In this document: piece by piece, positions 10,049-19,697 of the stretch | Layout: each line of letters opens with the position of its first letter | Numbering within the stretch: position 1 is the first letter of the stretch | Assembly (NCBI GenBank): GCA_045546075.1 | Contig: JAZQCF010000001.1 | Coordinates: 8,299 to 72,298 of the forward strand | Length of the DNA: 64,000 bases | Source of the DNA: Candidatus Enterousia sp. | GTDB taxonomy: Bacteria; Pseudomonadota; Alphaproteobacteria; Rs-D84 | Direction of reading: 5' to 3' | Notes under the pieces: model-generated | Database searches by the model: none | Seen by the model: the letters and a program-made list of their open reading frames with translations, nothing else | What the model was told of the DNA's origin: nothing | Position numbers and translations under genes: made by a program

Positions 10049-10875
10049 AGAAAAAAATTGCCGCCATAACAATGGCACGAAACGATGAATTTTTTCTATC
10101 CCGATGGGTCGAATATTATGGTCGCGAATTGGGAATAAAGAACCTGTATATCATATTAGACGGGGACGACCAAAACGCACCTAAAAATGCAAAGGGGGCA
10201 AATGTTATAAAATTGCCACATATGGAAATGTCCCGTGCAGCCGGCGATAAATACCGCATTGGTGAAATATCAAATCTGGCGGAAAAACTGTTCGAAAAAT
10301 ATGACATAGTTATTGGATGTGACTGTGATGAATTCTTGATTGTGGACCCGGACATAAAAAAATCACTTGGCGAATATTTATCTGGATTAAAATACAAAAC
10401 AACGGTATCAGGATTGGGATTGGATGTTGGGCAAAATATGAATACCGAAAAGGCACTGAATACAAAAAAACCAATGTTGGAACAACGCGGATACGCCCTG
10501 CTGTCAACCCGATATACAAAACCGGTTGTATTATTTCGCCCTGCCCGCTGGGGCAGTGGTTTCCACAGTGTTCACGGCGCAAACTTTCACATAGATAAAA
10601 ATCTGTATTTATTGCACTTTGGTGCGGTTGATATGAAAATGTTGATAACCAAGGCAACAAAACGCGGTCCCGATTGGGTAAATCACCTGCGGCGACGTGG
10701 AAACGGAACAATAAACGCGGTTACAAAAAAATATGCACATGGTGAAACATACATAAAATTTGCACGTATGATTCAGCGCATCTGTCGCCCAATATACGCA
10801 CTGGACAAACCGGCAATGTTCGGGTTAAAAATTGTCGCAAAAATTCCAACGCGCTTCAAGAAATCCGGCGTATAG
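10045..10875 (+). CDS. Glycosyltransferase (GT2-like, Glyco_tranf_2_4/GT92-like fold)
   Basis: AAITMARNDEFFLSRWVEYYGRELGIKNLYIILDGDDQ...GCDCDEFL. ATGA overlap with the previous gene. Confidence 0.6.
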   Translation: MKKKIAAITMARNDEFFLSRWVEYYGRELGIKNLYIILDGDDQNAPKNAKGANVIKLPHMEMSRAAGDKYRIGEISNLAEKLFEKYDIVIGCDCDEFLIVDPDIKKSLGEYLSGLKYKTTVSGLGLDVGQNMNTEKALNTKKPMLEQRGYALLSTRYTKPVVLFRPARWGSGFHSVHGANFHIDKNLYLLHFGAVDMKMLITKATKRGPDWVNHLRRRGNGTINAVTKKYAHGETYIKFARMIQRICRPIYALDKPAMFGLKIVAKIPTRFKKSGV

Positions 10876-10882
10876 AACGATT

Positions 10883-11902
10883 TTACGCACCAACAAACTT
10901 TATAATTTCGCGGCGTAATTTTCGCATTTTACCGGTGGGTGGAAAATCCATTACACCGATTTTGCAAAGTTTTGAAAATTTTTCACGAATCATATTCAAT
11001 GCGGACGCATCCGTTACAAATTGTATATTATCAAATGCCATATTTATATATGACCATAAAATTTTCTTGTTCCACATTTGAAATTGATATGGGTTCGCAT
11101 TATCGTGATACAACGTAAATGCCTGCTCAATCCCCGCACACAATCCATTTATCATTATAACGCGTTCATTGGGCAGTATAAATTTATCAAATTTTGGCGT
11201 GCAGTAATACAACGGCAAATTCAATATGGTCGCGCGCGGATTTTTCAATATAACGGCACTCCACCACGGAAAATCTTCGAACAAAATACCATCAATAAAA
11301 TTTATATCTGCAACCAAAGAACGCCGATACAAATGTTTGCGCACATCACAGTTTTTAATCAACCATTGCCGATTTGGATTAAATATGCTGCCCGATTGTT
11401 CTGTTACATATTTAAGAATATTATTCGTCACCAAACTGCATACATTTTCCGGCCCATATCTGCGATTTATTCCCCACGGTGTAATTTGGTTTATGTTCAT
11501 ACCGAAAAAATGTCGTGCCTTTAGACGAAAATTATAAACATCATCATAAGAATATGAAACAACATCCGAATCATCCCGACGCGCCATATAATATGTCATT
11601 TCCATTGTTTGTGGATGAATAAAATCATTACCATCCAAGAACATTATATATTCACCACTTGCGTGTTGCACACCGATATTTCGTGCATCTGCACGGCCGC
11701 CGTTTTCCTGATGAATAACGACAAAACGCTTATCACGACGTGCATATTCTTCGGCAATTTTGCCCGAATTTCCCGGATCGCCATCATCGATACAAATGGC
11801 CTGCCAATCGGTAAATGTTTGATTCAAAACGCTGTCTAAACATCTGCGCAGATATTTATCGACCGCATACATTGGTATAATTACAGATATCGCTTGTTGC
11901 AT
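10883..11902 (-). CDS. Family 2 glycosyltransferase (paralog A)
   Basis: ISVIIPMYAVDKYLRRCLDSVLNQTFTDWQAICIDDG...RFVVIHQENGGRADARN...FLDGNDF is the classic GT-A/GT2 N-terminal domain. Confidence 0.85.
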   Translation of the reverse strand: MQQAISVIIPMYAVDKYLRRCLDSVLNQTFTDWQAICIDDGDPGNSGKIAEEYARRDKRFVVIHQENGGRADARNIGVQHASGEYIMFLDGNDFIHPQTMEMTYYMARRDDSDVVSYSYDDVYNFRLKARHFFGMNINQITPWGINRRYGPENVCSLVTNNILKYVTEQSGSIFNPNRQWLIKNCDVRKHLYRRSLVADINFIDGILFEDFPWWSAVILKNPRATILNLPLYYCTPKFDKFILPNERVIMINGLCAGIEQAFTLYHDNANPYQFQMWNKKILWSYINMAFDNIQFVTDASALNMIREKFSKLCKIGVMDFPPTGKMRKLRREIIKFVGA

Positions 11903-12058
11903 AAAAATATTCCTCTTGGGTTAAAATTTCCTCAAAATTTTGCGCCAATAACCTAAGCACCACACAGATGCGTCAAAATCTCTGTTTGTTTATCCTTTTT
12001 ATATTTTTAATGGTACACCACATGGGTATTTTATCATAAAATTCAATTAAATACCAGT

Positions 12059-13063
12059 TTAAGCGATATATTCATAAATCTTGTTTCGTAACTCAAAAAA
12101 TTCATTTGGCACATTATCCAATACACCATTTGATTTCAGTTCTTGTAATATTTTACGCGCCTGGGATTTTTCTGCTTTGGATTCAAGGTATTTTGTTTTA
12201 TTAAATGCACGCCATATAAAATGCCACAAGAAATTTTCACCAAAGCATTTCATTTGATAATCGGTCGCATTATCACGATACAACGTGTATACGGCGGAAA
12301 TCCCCGTACACAGCGATTGCATCATTCGCAACTGTTTCGCCGACAAAACGATTCCACCAAAATTTGGTATGTAATAATACAGTGGTAAATTTATAATTGT
12401 TGTACGTGGATTTTTCAGCATAACGGCACCCCACCACGGAAAATCTTCAAATAAAATCCCCTTGATAAAAGGTATGTCTGCAATCAGTGAACGGCGATAC
12501 AGATTTTTCCAAACCTGACAATGTTTAACCGCCCAACGTTTGTTTTTGACATTGTGCGTACTTTCGGTTGCATATTCAAAAATATCATCTGTTACACGGG
12601 ATTCAATTTTTTTCAAATTATACTTTTTACCAAATCCCCACGGTACAACATTATTTGTATTCAGGCCTAAGAAATGCCGCACCATCAAACGCGGTCGATA
12701 AATATGGTCATACGTAAATGCAACAATATCCGCATTATCACGCCGTGCCATATAATATGTGATTTCCATTGTCTGGGGGTGAATAAAATCATCACTGTCC
12801 AAAAACATTACATATTCACCGGTTGCATATTTCATACCCGTATTACGCGCATCCGACAGACCACCATTTTTCTGGTGAATAACGACAAAGCGTTTGTCGC
12901 GCGCCGCATATTCTTGGGCGATTTCCCCCGACCGGTCCGGCGAACCATCGTCAACACAGATGGCCTGCCAATCGGCAAAGGTCTGGTTCAATACACTGTC
13001 CAAACACCGTTTCAGGTATTTTTCAACCGCATACATTGGTATAATTATCGATATTTTTGCCAT
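12059..13063 (-). CDS. Family 2 glycosyltransferase (paralog B, tandem duplicate of 10883-11902)
   Basis: MAKISIIIPMYAVEKYLKRCLDSVLNQTFADWQAICVDDG... aligns end to end with paralog A. The N-terminal half is very similar and the C-terminal half has diverged. Start taken at the internal Met (13063). Confidence 0.85.
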   Translation of the reverse strand: MAKISIIIPMYAVEKYLKRCLDSVLNQTFADWQAICVDDGSPDRSGEIAQEYAARDKRFVVIHQKNGGLSDARNTGMKYATGEYVMFLDSDDFIHPQTMEITYYMARRDNADIVAFTYDHIYRPRLMVRHFLGLNTNNVVPWGFGKKYNLKKIESRVTDDIFEYATESTHNVKNKRWAVKHCQVWKNLYRRSLIADIPFIKGILFEDFPWWGAVMLKNPRTTIINLPLYYYIPNFGGIVLSAKQLRMMQSLCTGISAVYTLYRDNATDYQMKCFGENFLWHFIWRAFNKTKYLESKAEKSQARKILQELKSNGVLDNVPNEFFELRNKIYEYIA

Positions 13064-13079
13064 ATGCACCCCCAAAAAA

Positions 13080-13853
13080 TCAAAGAAAGATTTTTATAAA
13101 TTTTCTAAATACCCATAACGTGTATACGTTGTGTTTCCTGGCATACACCGATTTATATTGTTTTGCAAATTTGTATTGTTCTTTTAATTTGCGTCTGTGT
13201 GCCGCATCCCGATTATTCAATGCCGATGTGTCGTTAAATATATAATGATAATTAACATTTGGCACAATGATAACCCGGTTTGCAACGGCAATCGCATCTA
13301 AAACAAATATCGCATCTTCTTGGGATATCAGTGACGTATCAAACATCAGTTTATTTTTTTTAATAAAATCCGTGCTAAACAAATACCGCCAAACAAAAGA
13401 TTTTACCAATGCCTGGGTCCAAAATAATTTGCCGAATAAACCCATTAAATTATGAAACCGTTTATATCTAAGGTTTGATGAATATTTACTGTTTGAAACA
13501 AAGCCTGAACAGACCATATCCGCGCCACGCGCCCCAGATATCATCAGTGCATAATATTCATCATCAATCACATCATCGGCATCCATAAAATGAATATACT
13601 CGCCACGTGCCCGTTTAATTCCATCATTACGCGCCGCCGAAACACCCGCGTTTTTTTTATTTATTACGGTAAAACGTTTGTCGCGTGCCGCATATTTATC
13701 CAGTATTTTTTGACTATCGTCCACACTGCCATCGTTTATACAAATAACCTCAAAATCTGTAAATGTCTGGCCCAATAAACTGTCCAGGCAACGCGCCAAA
13801 TATTTTTCGGCATTATACACAGGAACAATTACAGATATTTTTGGCATACGCAT
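13080..13853 (-). CDS. Family 2 glycosyltransferase
   Basis: ISVIVPVYNAEKYLARCLDSLLGQTFTDFEVICINDGSVDDS...FMDADD. Confidence 0.85.
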   Translation of the reverse strand: MRMPKISVIVPVYNAEKYLARCLDSLLGQTFTDFEVICINDGSVDDSQKILDKYAARDKRFTVINKKNAGVSAARNDGIKRARGEYIHFMDADDVIDDEYYALMISGARGADMVCSGFVSNSKYSSNLRYKRFHNLMGLFGKLFWTQALVKSFVWRYLFSTDFIKKNKLMFDTSLISQEDAIFVLDAIAVANRVIIVPNVNYHYIFNDTSALNNRDAAHRRKLKEQYKFAKQYKSVYARKHNVYTLWVFRKFIKIFL

Positions 13854-13859
13854 TTCCTT

Positions 13860-14765
13860 TCACATCTTATTTACCATTTCATCGGCAAACGTTCCGGCCT
13901 CTATCTTTTTAACCCATGGACTGTTATAAGTGGTCTTTTGAAAAAACGCACCTGATGTAACCTTATCAAAGGTTTTTTGATTAAATGGTTTGTCACCATA
14001 CGCCCACCACAGCGCGTGCGTTGGGTCTTGGTCAACGTGCGGCATTTTATCGAAATATTTTTTTGCACGCACATCATTTTGAACCAATGTTTTGAATAAT
14101 AATTGATGCATAAAGTAATCAAAACTGTGATTTTCGTGCATCCAAAAATCCAACATCATTGCACGCCACGCGTCCAACAGATATGCACCTTTGCGTGCAC
14201 GTATAAAACAGTTTTGCATAAAACTGTATGGACTTCCCACTTTTTGTCCGGCCATATACACAAAGAAATCTTGTTTGATTATCCAATCTGGAATCGGTTC
14301 GGTAACAAAGCATGTAGAATCCAACCAAATGCCACCATGTTCATACAACAATTCCACACGACAGATGTCGGCAAAATGCGCGTGTTTAATTTTACCCGCA
14401 CGCCGTTTTTCCATAATTTTGTCCGGCAAAGTTATATAGTCAAAAACCGTTTTTTCATCCAATACTATCAATTCTTGACTGCAATGCCGGCGAATACTGC
14501 AAAAACACGCCTTGACCAACGGCGGTGCCTTATCTTCGCCCTGAAGCCACAGGGTGAAAATTTTTTCATTCTTATCGTCTTTTACCACCCGGCGTTCAAG
14601 AACCCCCGCCGCGGCCGGCAAATATCGCCGAAAATATTTGGGAATTGCATCGGCCAGTATTTCACAACGCACCGCACGACGCGTGGCACGATCGCGCCAA
14701 AACCAATTTAGTATATGTGCACGCACAATTATATTGGCCAACGCACACGTCCGTGCAATTCCCAT
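13860..14765 (-). CDS. Capsular polysaccharide synthesis (Caps_synth / DXD sugar transferase-like) protein
   Basis: IFTLWLQGEDKAPPLVKACFCSIRRH...FADICRVELLYEHGGIWLDSTCF resembles the Caps_synth family core. Confidence 0.65.
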   Translation of the reverse strand: MGIARTCALANIIVRAHILNWFWRDRATRRAVRCEILADAIPKYFRRYLPAAAGVLERRVVKDDKNEKIFTLWLQGEDKAPPLVKACFCSIRRHCSQELIVLDEKTVFDYITLPDKIMEKRRAGKIKHAHFADICRVELLYEHGGIWLDSTCFVTEPIPDWIIKQDFFVYMAGQKVGSPYSFMQNCFIRARKGAYLLDAWRAMMLDFWMHENHSFDYFMHQLLFKTLVQNDVRAKKYFDKMPHVDQDPTHALWWAYGDKPFNQKTFDKVTSGAFFQKTTYNSPWVKKIEAGTFADEMVNKM

Positions 14766-14787
14766 TTTTACCTCCTTGGGTAATTAA

Positions 14788-15858
14788 TTATTCTGCATCA
14801 ACCGAATCGGTATCGTCATCGACCGGCCCGGTTGTCATTTCTTCGGCGATTCCATTTGCACGCGCCATAATTTTATCCAACAATTCACTTTGCGCCTCTG
14901 GATGGTCACGCAACCATTGACGGGCATTCGCCTCGCCCTGGCCTATGCGTTCATTGTTATATGAATAAAAACTGCCGGCTTTGTCGATAAAATCGTATTT
15001 CACACCCATATCCAGAATTTCACTTATACGGGAAATACCTTCACCATACATAATTTTGAAATCAACGGTCCGGAAAGGCGGCGCTACCTTGTTTTTAACA
15101 ATTTTGACACGCGTTTCATTACCAATAACATTTTCTTTGTCTTTAATTGCACCCGTCCGGCGAATATCAAGGCGCACCGACGCATAGAACTTTAACGCGT
15201 TACCGCCACTGGTGGTTTCTGGGTTGCCGAACATAACACCAATTTTCATACGAATCTGGTTAATAAATATCAACAATGTATTACTGCGTGAAACAGACCC
15301 GGCCAATTTTTTTAACGATTGACTCATCAAACGTGCGGTTGTGCCAACAAAACTGTCGCCGATATTGCCTTCCAATTCCGCCTTGGGCACCAGCGCCGCA
15401 ACCGAATCGATAACCACAACATCAACCGCACCCGATTTAATCAGCGTATCAGCGATTTCCAACGCCTGTTCGCCCGAATCGGGTTGTGATATAATCAGGT
15501 TTGCAACATCCACGCCCAGTTTTTTCGCATAACTGGGGTCCAATGCGTTTTCTGCGTCAATATACGCGCACGTACCACCTTTCTTTTGTGCCTCGGCCAC
15601 GGCGTGCAGTGCCAGTGTTGTCTTACCACTGCTTTCTGGGCCATATATTTCAACGATGCGACCACGCGGGTATCCACCGATTCCCAACGCGATATCCAAC
15701 CCCAAAGAACCGGACGATATCGCCTCGATATTCTGTTGGGAACCATCGCCCATTTTCATAATTGCTTCTTTACCGAATTGTTTTTGAATTTGTGCCAGCG
15801 CAGATTCCAATGCCGGATTTTTTGTTGCCGGTGTCGCCGCCGCTTCTTTCTTTGCCAT
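14788..15858 (-). CDS. recA: Recombinase RecA
   Basis: [29 protein letters not shown] (Walker A), IVIDSVAAL, and L1/L2 loop regions. Confidence 0.97.
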   Translation of the reverse strand: MAKKEAAATPATKNPALESALAQIQKQFGKEAIMKMGDGSQQNIEAISSGSLGLDIALGIGGYPRGRIVEIYGPESSGKTTLALHAVAEAQKKGGTCAYIDAENALDPSYAKKLGVDVANLIISQPDSGEQALEIADTLIKSGAVDVVVIDSVAALVPKAELEGNIGDSFVGTTARLMSQSLKKLAGSVSRSNTLLIFINQIRMKIGVMFGNPETTSGGNALKFYASVRLDIRRTGAIKDKENVIGNETRVKIVKNKVAPPFRTVDFKIMYGEGISRISEILDMGVKYDFIDKAGSFYSYNNERIGQGEANARQWLRDHPEAQSELLDKIMARANGIAEEMTTGPVDDDTDSVDAE

Positions 15859-15884
15859 AAATAAACCCCTTTCTTGTTAAAAGG

Positions 15885-15913
15885 ATAATACAAAGAAAAA
15901 ATCCAGGGTGCAA
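15885..15913 (-). promoter_or_regulatory. Candidate sigma70 promoter of recA (TTGCAC-17 nt-TATTAT)
   Basis: Read on the minus strand about 30 nt upstream of the recA ATG. No GAAC-N7-GAAC or CTGT-N8-ACAG LexA box is visible next to it. Confidence 0.35.
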
Positions 15914-17098
15914 TTACTTTTTCGCCATTAAAACCCCAACCGACAATACCCCAATCGCAAACGTGACCAACCACACCGCGGACGTTGTACCAAAGAAAGC
16001 GATACACGCCGCACCGGCAACAGGTGCAATAACATTTGGGAAATTGACACTGGTGCGGAAAACACCATAGAATTTAGACTGCATATTTTTTGGCACATTG
16101 TCAAAGAACAACAAATCGTGTACAGGTTCCATCAATGCACCCGAAATCTGCCACAGAACAAATATCGCCAAAACCGGAAATCCCGTTGCAAGCGTGGCCC
16201 ATGCCGAAAATGCCGCAAACGAACCAAAACCCAAAACCAACCATATTCTTTTACCGAATCGCCGCACAAGGCGCGCCATTACATCGGATAACAACAAATA
16301 CGGAATTATTCCCAAAGACAAAATTAAACCCAATGTATCTTTGGAAAATCCGTTTTCTATCACAACGATTGGCACATACAGGTATCGCATCGCGCGCAAA
16401 GAATAAAAACCAAAATTTACCGCATACGCACGCAACATTCCCGGGGTTTTGAAAAATTCGGCCGCGTTACGAATCAGTGCCCTAACGGTGCGGCGTGGAT
16501 TTACCGGTTTTATCTGTTTATCTTCCTGGCTTAATCGTAAATACTTAAAGAACAACCACGCGGCCATATAAATCGCCGAAGACAAAAAGAACGCAGACCG
16601 ATTTCCAAATCTGGTTGCGACCATAACCGCCAACATTGGTGCCAATAACGCCCCCACATTAACCCACAGATGATACCGCGCATTCAACCGCGCCATACCC
16701 GTATCCCCCGAAAAATCAGACATAAATAACGGTATCAGCATCGCCGTCAATGTAATTGCGAAACCACTGGTATAATCCAGGACAATAAACGTTCGTGGCA
16801 AAACCGAAAATCCCATCATCGCATAACATATAACAAGCATCAGCAACGCCATGTAAAACACCCGAACCTTGGAAAACAGGCGGAATATTTCTTTGGCAAA
16901 CAGGCCCACAATCACACAAAACACAGAATAAATCGCAACATAAATACCAACAATCGCGGAACTTTTGAAAATTTCCAATATAACCAAAGAATACACGGCA
17001 TTATAAATACCATCGGCAAACCCGGTAAAAATCCCCAGATTCGCAAAAGAAAAGCCGCTTATCGAACCGCGCCCAGAAATATATTTATCTTTGGCCAT
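15914..17098 (-). CDS. MFS transporter
   Basis: About 12 predicted TM helices. The start is set at MAKDKY (17098) because the 28-codon upstream extension of the ORF overlaps the secB terminator. Confidence 0.75.
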   Translation of the reverse strand: MAKDKYISGRGSISGFSFANLGIFTGFADGIYNAVYSLVILEIFKSSAIVGIYVAIYSVFCVIVGLFAKEIFRLFSKVRVFYMALLMLVICYAMMGFSVLPRTFIVLDYTSGFAITLTAMLIPLFMSDFSGDTGMARLNARYHLWVNVGALLAPMLAVMVATRFGNRSAFFLSSAIYMAAWLFFKYLRLSQEDKQIKPVNPRRTVRALIRNAAEFFKTPGMLRAYAVNFGFYSLRAMRYLYVPIVVIENGFSKDTLGLILSLGIIPYLLLSDVMARLVRRFGKRIWLVLGFGSFAAFSAWATLATGFPVLAIFVLWQISGALMEPVHDLLFFDNVPKNMQSKFYGVFRTSVNFPNVIAPVAGAACIAFFGTTSAVWLVTFAIGVLSVGVLMAKK

Positions 17099-17165
17099 AA
17101 AATCTCTCCCCCCAAAAAACCTTATGATAATAATATCACAAAATAACCCGAATCGCAAAACCCAG

Positions 17166-17193
17166 CAAAAAAAACGCACCACCCGGTGCGTTT
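17166..17193 (-). terminator. Rho-independent terminator of secB
   Basis: On the minus strand: CGCACC-GGGT-GGTGCG followed by TTTTTTTT. Confidence 0.7.
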
Positions 17194-17213
17194 ATTAACA
17201 AGCAACTTTAACT

Positions 17214-17648
17214 TTATGCTTTTTGCTGATTGCGCTTTTCGTACATATCGGCAAAATCAACCATTTGCATCGCAAACGGTGGGAATCCGGATTCTGCGGT
17301 CAGGCGTGTAACCAATGCGCGCACAGATGGGAACAACAATGTCGGTACATCAATCAACAAAGTACGTTTTTTGGCCTCTTCATCTTTTTCGGCTTCATCG
17401 ATTTGAACCAAACCGGTATATGTTGCCTCAATCAAGAATATAGATTTAGAATCGGCCTTTAATTTTGAATGAATTTTTGTAATTAAATCAACCATATACA
17501 GATTTTTTTCCGAACCTTTGACCTGCATATCGATATTTATTTCCAATTCCGCCTGGCCATTATCCTGCTTAAAAAATAAATCTGGGACATTTGGACTTTC
17601 GAAAGAAATGTCTTTAAGGAATTGGGATATAATATTGAACTTTGCCAT
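17214..17648 (-). CDS. secB: Protein-export chaperone SecB
   Basis: MAKFNIISQFLKDISFESPNVPDLF...LLFPSVRALVTRLTAESGFPPFAMQMVDF, 144 aa. The 285-aa ORF in the track is an upstream over-extension. Confidence 0.9.
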   Translation of the reverse strand: MAKFNIISQFLKDISFESPNVPDLFFKQDNGQAELEINIDMQVKGSEKNLYMVDLITKIHSKLKADSKSIFLIEATYTGLVQIDEAEKDEEAKKRTLLIDVPTLLFPSVRALVTRLTAESGFPPFAMQMVDFADMYEKRNQQKA

Positions 17649-17729
17649 TGCGATTGCTCCTTTTTTTATGACTCGTTTTATGATAATATAGCATAGAAGG
17701 GAAATTTTACAAGTGGGGGAATAAATAAA

Positions 17730-18836
17730 ATGCAAACAAATGTTTTTAAGTGGATTTTGCGTGGTGCGATATGTGGATTGTGCGGGCTGTTTTTGGCATC
17801 GTGCGACCTGTCGACACCAACGCACAGTGGGGACGATTCGGTCGTCCCGGGCGAAAATTTGAAGAAAGTATCTTATGCCGACCTGCCGGATTGGGAAAAA
17901 GACGATGTCCGCTATGCGCTTCAGGCGTTTCGTAATTCGTGCAAGGCGAAAATTCAATACAAAGGCCGCGTTGTTCCGGACCGCGCGCTGTTCGAAGAAA
18001 AATGTAATATGTTGCCCAGTGCCAGTGCAGATGTTGCAACGGTTCGCGCATGGTTCGAATCGAATTTCCAACCATATAAAATCTATAACGATAACGGAAC
18101 CAGCAAGGGGACATATACCGGATACTATTCGCCGGTGATTCCGGGTTGCCGGACCAAGACGGCCGAATGCAACGAACCGTTAATGGGCATCCCAACCGAT
18201 GGACGTAATTACAAGGGTGTTTCCAAAAAGCAAATTGTTGAAAACAAAATTGGTCGCGTCCTGTATTGGGCAAACATTGTTGATGTCCAAAACATCCAAA
18301 TCCAGGGCAGCGGTATGTTAAAACTGGCGGACGGCACAATGGTAAAATTGAACTTTGCCGCCGTAAATGATTTACCGTTCAAATCCATTGGTGAACAATT
18401 ACGCAACCGGGGCATCCGGCCCGATGGCGGATATTCGGCGGATGCGGTTTGGACGCATTTGAAAAAGAATCCAAAACTTGCCAAAGAAGTTATTTATAAC
18501 AATCCACGTTATGTCTATTTCTATGAATCGGTCCCGCCGGATGTGATTGGTAAACTTGGCACACCGCTTTCGAAAATTCGCAGTATTGCGATGGACGATT
18601 CGCTGTATACGTTGGGTTTACCCGTATACATCGATACAAACCTGTCAAACGGACAAAAATTTAGACGTTTAATGGTCGCCCAAGACACCGGCAGCGCCAT
18701 CCGCGGTTTCGTCCGTGCCGATATATTCTTTGGCAAAGGCGACGAAGCATATAAATATGCCCACGGCCAACACGCCCAGGGCGAGATGTATATTTTAATG
18801 CCGAAAGAATACAGTTATGTCAAACCCAAAAAGTAA
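17730..18836 (+). CDS. mltA: Membrane-bound lytic murein transglycosylase A (lipoprotein)
   Basis: Lipobox LASC, MltA-specific region (LPDWEKDDVRYALQAFRNSC) and a C-terminal 3D domain (VAQDTGSAIRG...DIFFG). Confidence 0.85.
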   Translation: MQTNVFKWILRGAICGLCGLFLASCDLSTPTHSGDDSVVPGENLKKVSYADLPDWEKDDVRYALQAFRNSCKAKIQYKGRVVPDRALFEEKCNMLPSASADVATVRAWFESNFQPYKIYNDNGTSKGTYTGYYSPVIPGCRTKTAECNEPLMGIPTDGRNYKGVSKKQIVENKIGRVLYWANIVDVQNIQIQGSGMLKLADGTMVKLNFAAVNDLPFKSIGEQLRNRGIRPDGGYSADAVWTHLKKNPKLAKEVIYNNPRYVYFYESVPPDVIGKLGTPLSKIRSIAMDDSLYTLGLPVYIDTNLSNGQKFRRLMVAQDTGSAIRGFVRADIFFGKGDEAYKYAHGQHAQGEMYILMPKEYSYVKPKK

Positions 18837-19149
18837 AGATTTATCGGTACGCATAAAACGTCCGCAAAGTATTGCGGGCGCACTGGGCGGTCTGTTCAAA
18901 ATATTTGGCGTGCGCGCGTCTGATTCCGATTTGGTTGCACGATGGCCGGAAATAATGGGGCCCGAAATATCAAATATGGCGGACATTTGCGCGATAAAAA
19001 AAACACGCACCGGCGAATATAATATCGTCTTGCGGCCACGAAATCCGGCGTATACATTAAAATTATCGTATATGACAGACGATATAAAAAAACAAATCAA
19101 CAAATATTTTGGTACAGACTGTGTCGCAAAAATCAGTTTCAGGAAATAA
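18817..19149 (+). CDS. DUF721/DciA-like protein
   Basis: Size 110 aa; the pattern LGGLFKIFG...LVARWPEIMGPEIS...L.L...NPAYTLKLSYM resembles DUF721. Overlaps the mltA end by 20 nt. Confidence 0.55.
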   Translation: MSNPKSKDLSVRIKRPQSIAGALGGLFKIFGVRASDSDLVARWPEIMGPEISNMADICAIKKTRTGEYNIVLRPRNPAYTLKLSYMTDDIKKQINKYFGTDCVAKISFRK

Positions 19150-19151
19150 AA

Positions 19152-19643
19152 ATGGCAAAACGAATTTTGGGTATTGACCCCGGACTTTTACATACCGGTT
19201 GGGCGGTAATTGAAACAAACGGCAATGCGCGCAAATATATTGCCAGCGGTGTGATTTTACCAAAAAAGACCGGTCCCTTACCCGAACGTTTGGCCATTAT
19301 TTTTAACGAAGTCACAAAATTGGTTGATGCGTTTTCACCGGACGAATCCAGTATGGAAATAACATTTGTAAATAAAAACCCAACAACAACACTTATTTTG
19401 GGTCACGCGCGCGCGGCGGCAATGGTTGCGATATCTGTTAAAAATATCCCGGTATTTGAATATGAACCGAATCGTGTTAAAAAGATTCTTACCGGTGCAG
19501 GCCATGCAGATAAAACGGCGGTCGATAAAATGGTGCGCATATTGTTGCCGGGCGCGAATCCCAAAACCCCGGACGAAAGCGATGCCATCGCAATCGCCCT
19601 GGCCCACGCCAATACAACCCAATTTGAAAAATTTATAAAATAA
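19152..19643 (+). CDS. ruvC: Crossover junction endodeoxyribonuclease RuvC
   Basis: ILGIDPGLLHTGWAVIE...PDESDAIAIALAH catalytic acidic residues. Confidence 0.92.
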   Translation: MAKRILGIDPGLLHTGWAVIETNGNARKYIASGVILPKKTGPLPERLAIIFNEVTKLVDAFSPDESSMEITFVNKNPTTTLILGHARAAAMVAISVKNIPVFEYEPNRVKKILTGAGHADKTAVDKMVRILLPGANPKTPDESDAIAIALAHANTTQFEKFIK

Positions 19644-19664
19644 AAATGCGGGGCAACGCCCCGC
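19642..19664. terminator. Shared hairpin terminator between convergent ruvC and yebC
   Basis: GCGGGGC-AAC-GCCCCGC. The U-run is on the minus strand (ATTTTTATTTT), so it mainly serves yebC. Confidence 0.65.
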
Positions 19665-19665
19665 A

Positions 19666-19697
19666 CACTATCCACTAACCACTAACACTAATCACTA
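19666..19697 (-). repeat. TAG-TGA + (T)TAGTG(G) heptamer-like tract starting at the yebC stop codon
   Basis: The minus strand reads TAGTGATTAGTGTTAGTGGTTAGTGGATAGTG and then the terminator hairpin. The same TAGTGATTAGTG 12-mer starts at the rmuC stop (39691). Confidence 0.8.

Noticed and set aside
15859-15913. Search for LexA/SOS boxes upstream of recA, and of uvrB at 61834-61885
   Set aside because: Neither the alphaproteobacterial GAAC-N7-GAAC/GTTC-N7-GTTC type nor the CTGT-N8-ACAG type is present, so no SOS operator is claimed.
17649-18071. N-terminal 141-aa extension of the secB ORF (285 aa in the track)
   Set aside because: SecB is ~145-170 aa. The extension overlaps the mltA start on the other strand and has an Arg/Cys-rich non-protein-like composition. 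ATG 17648 gives a canonical SecB N-terminus.
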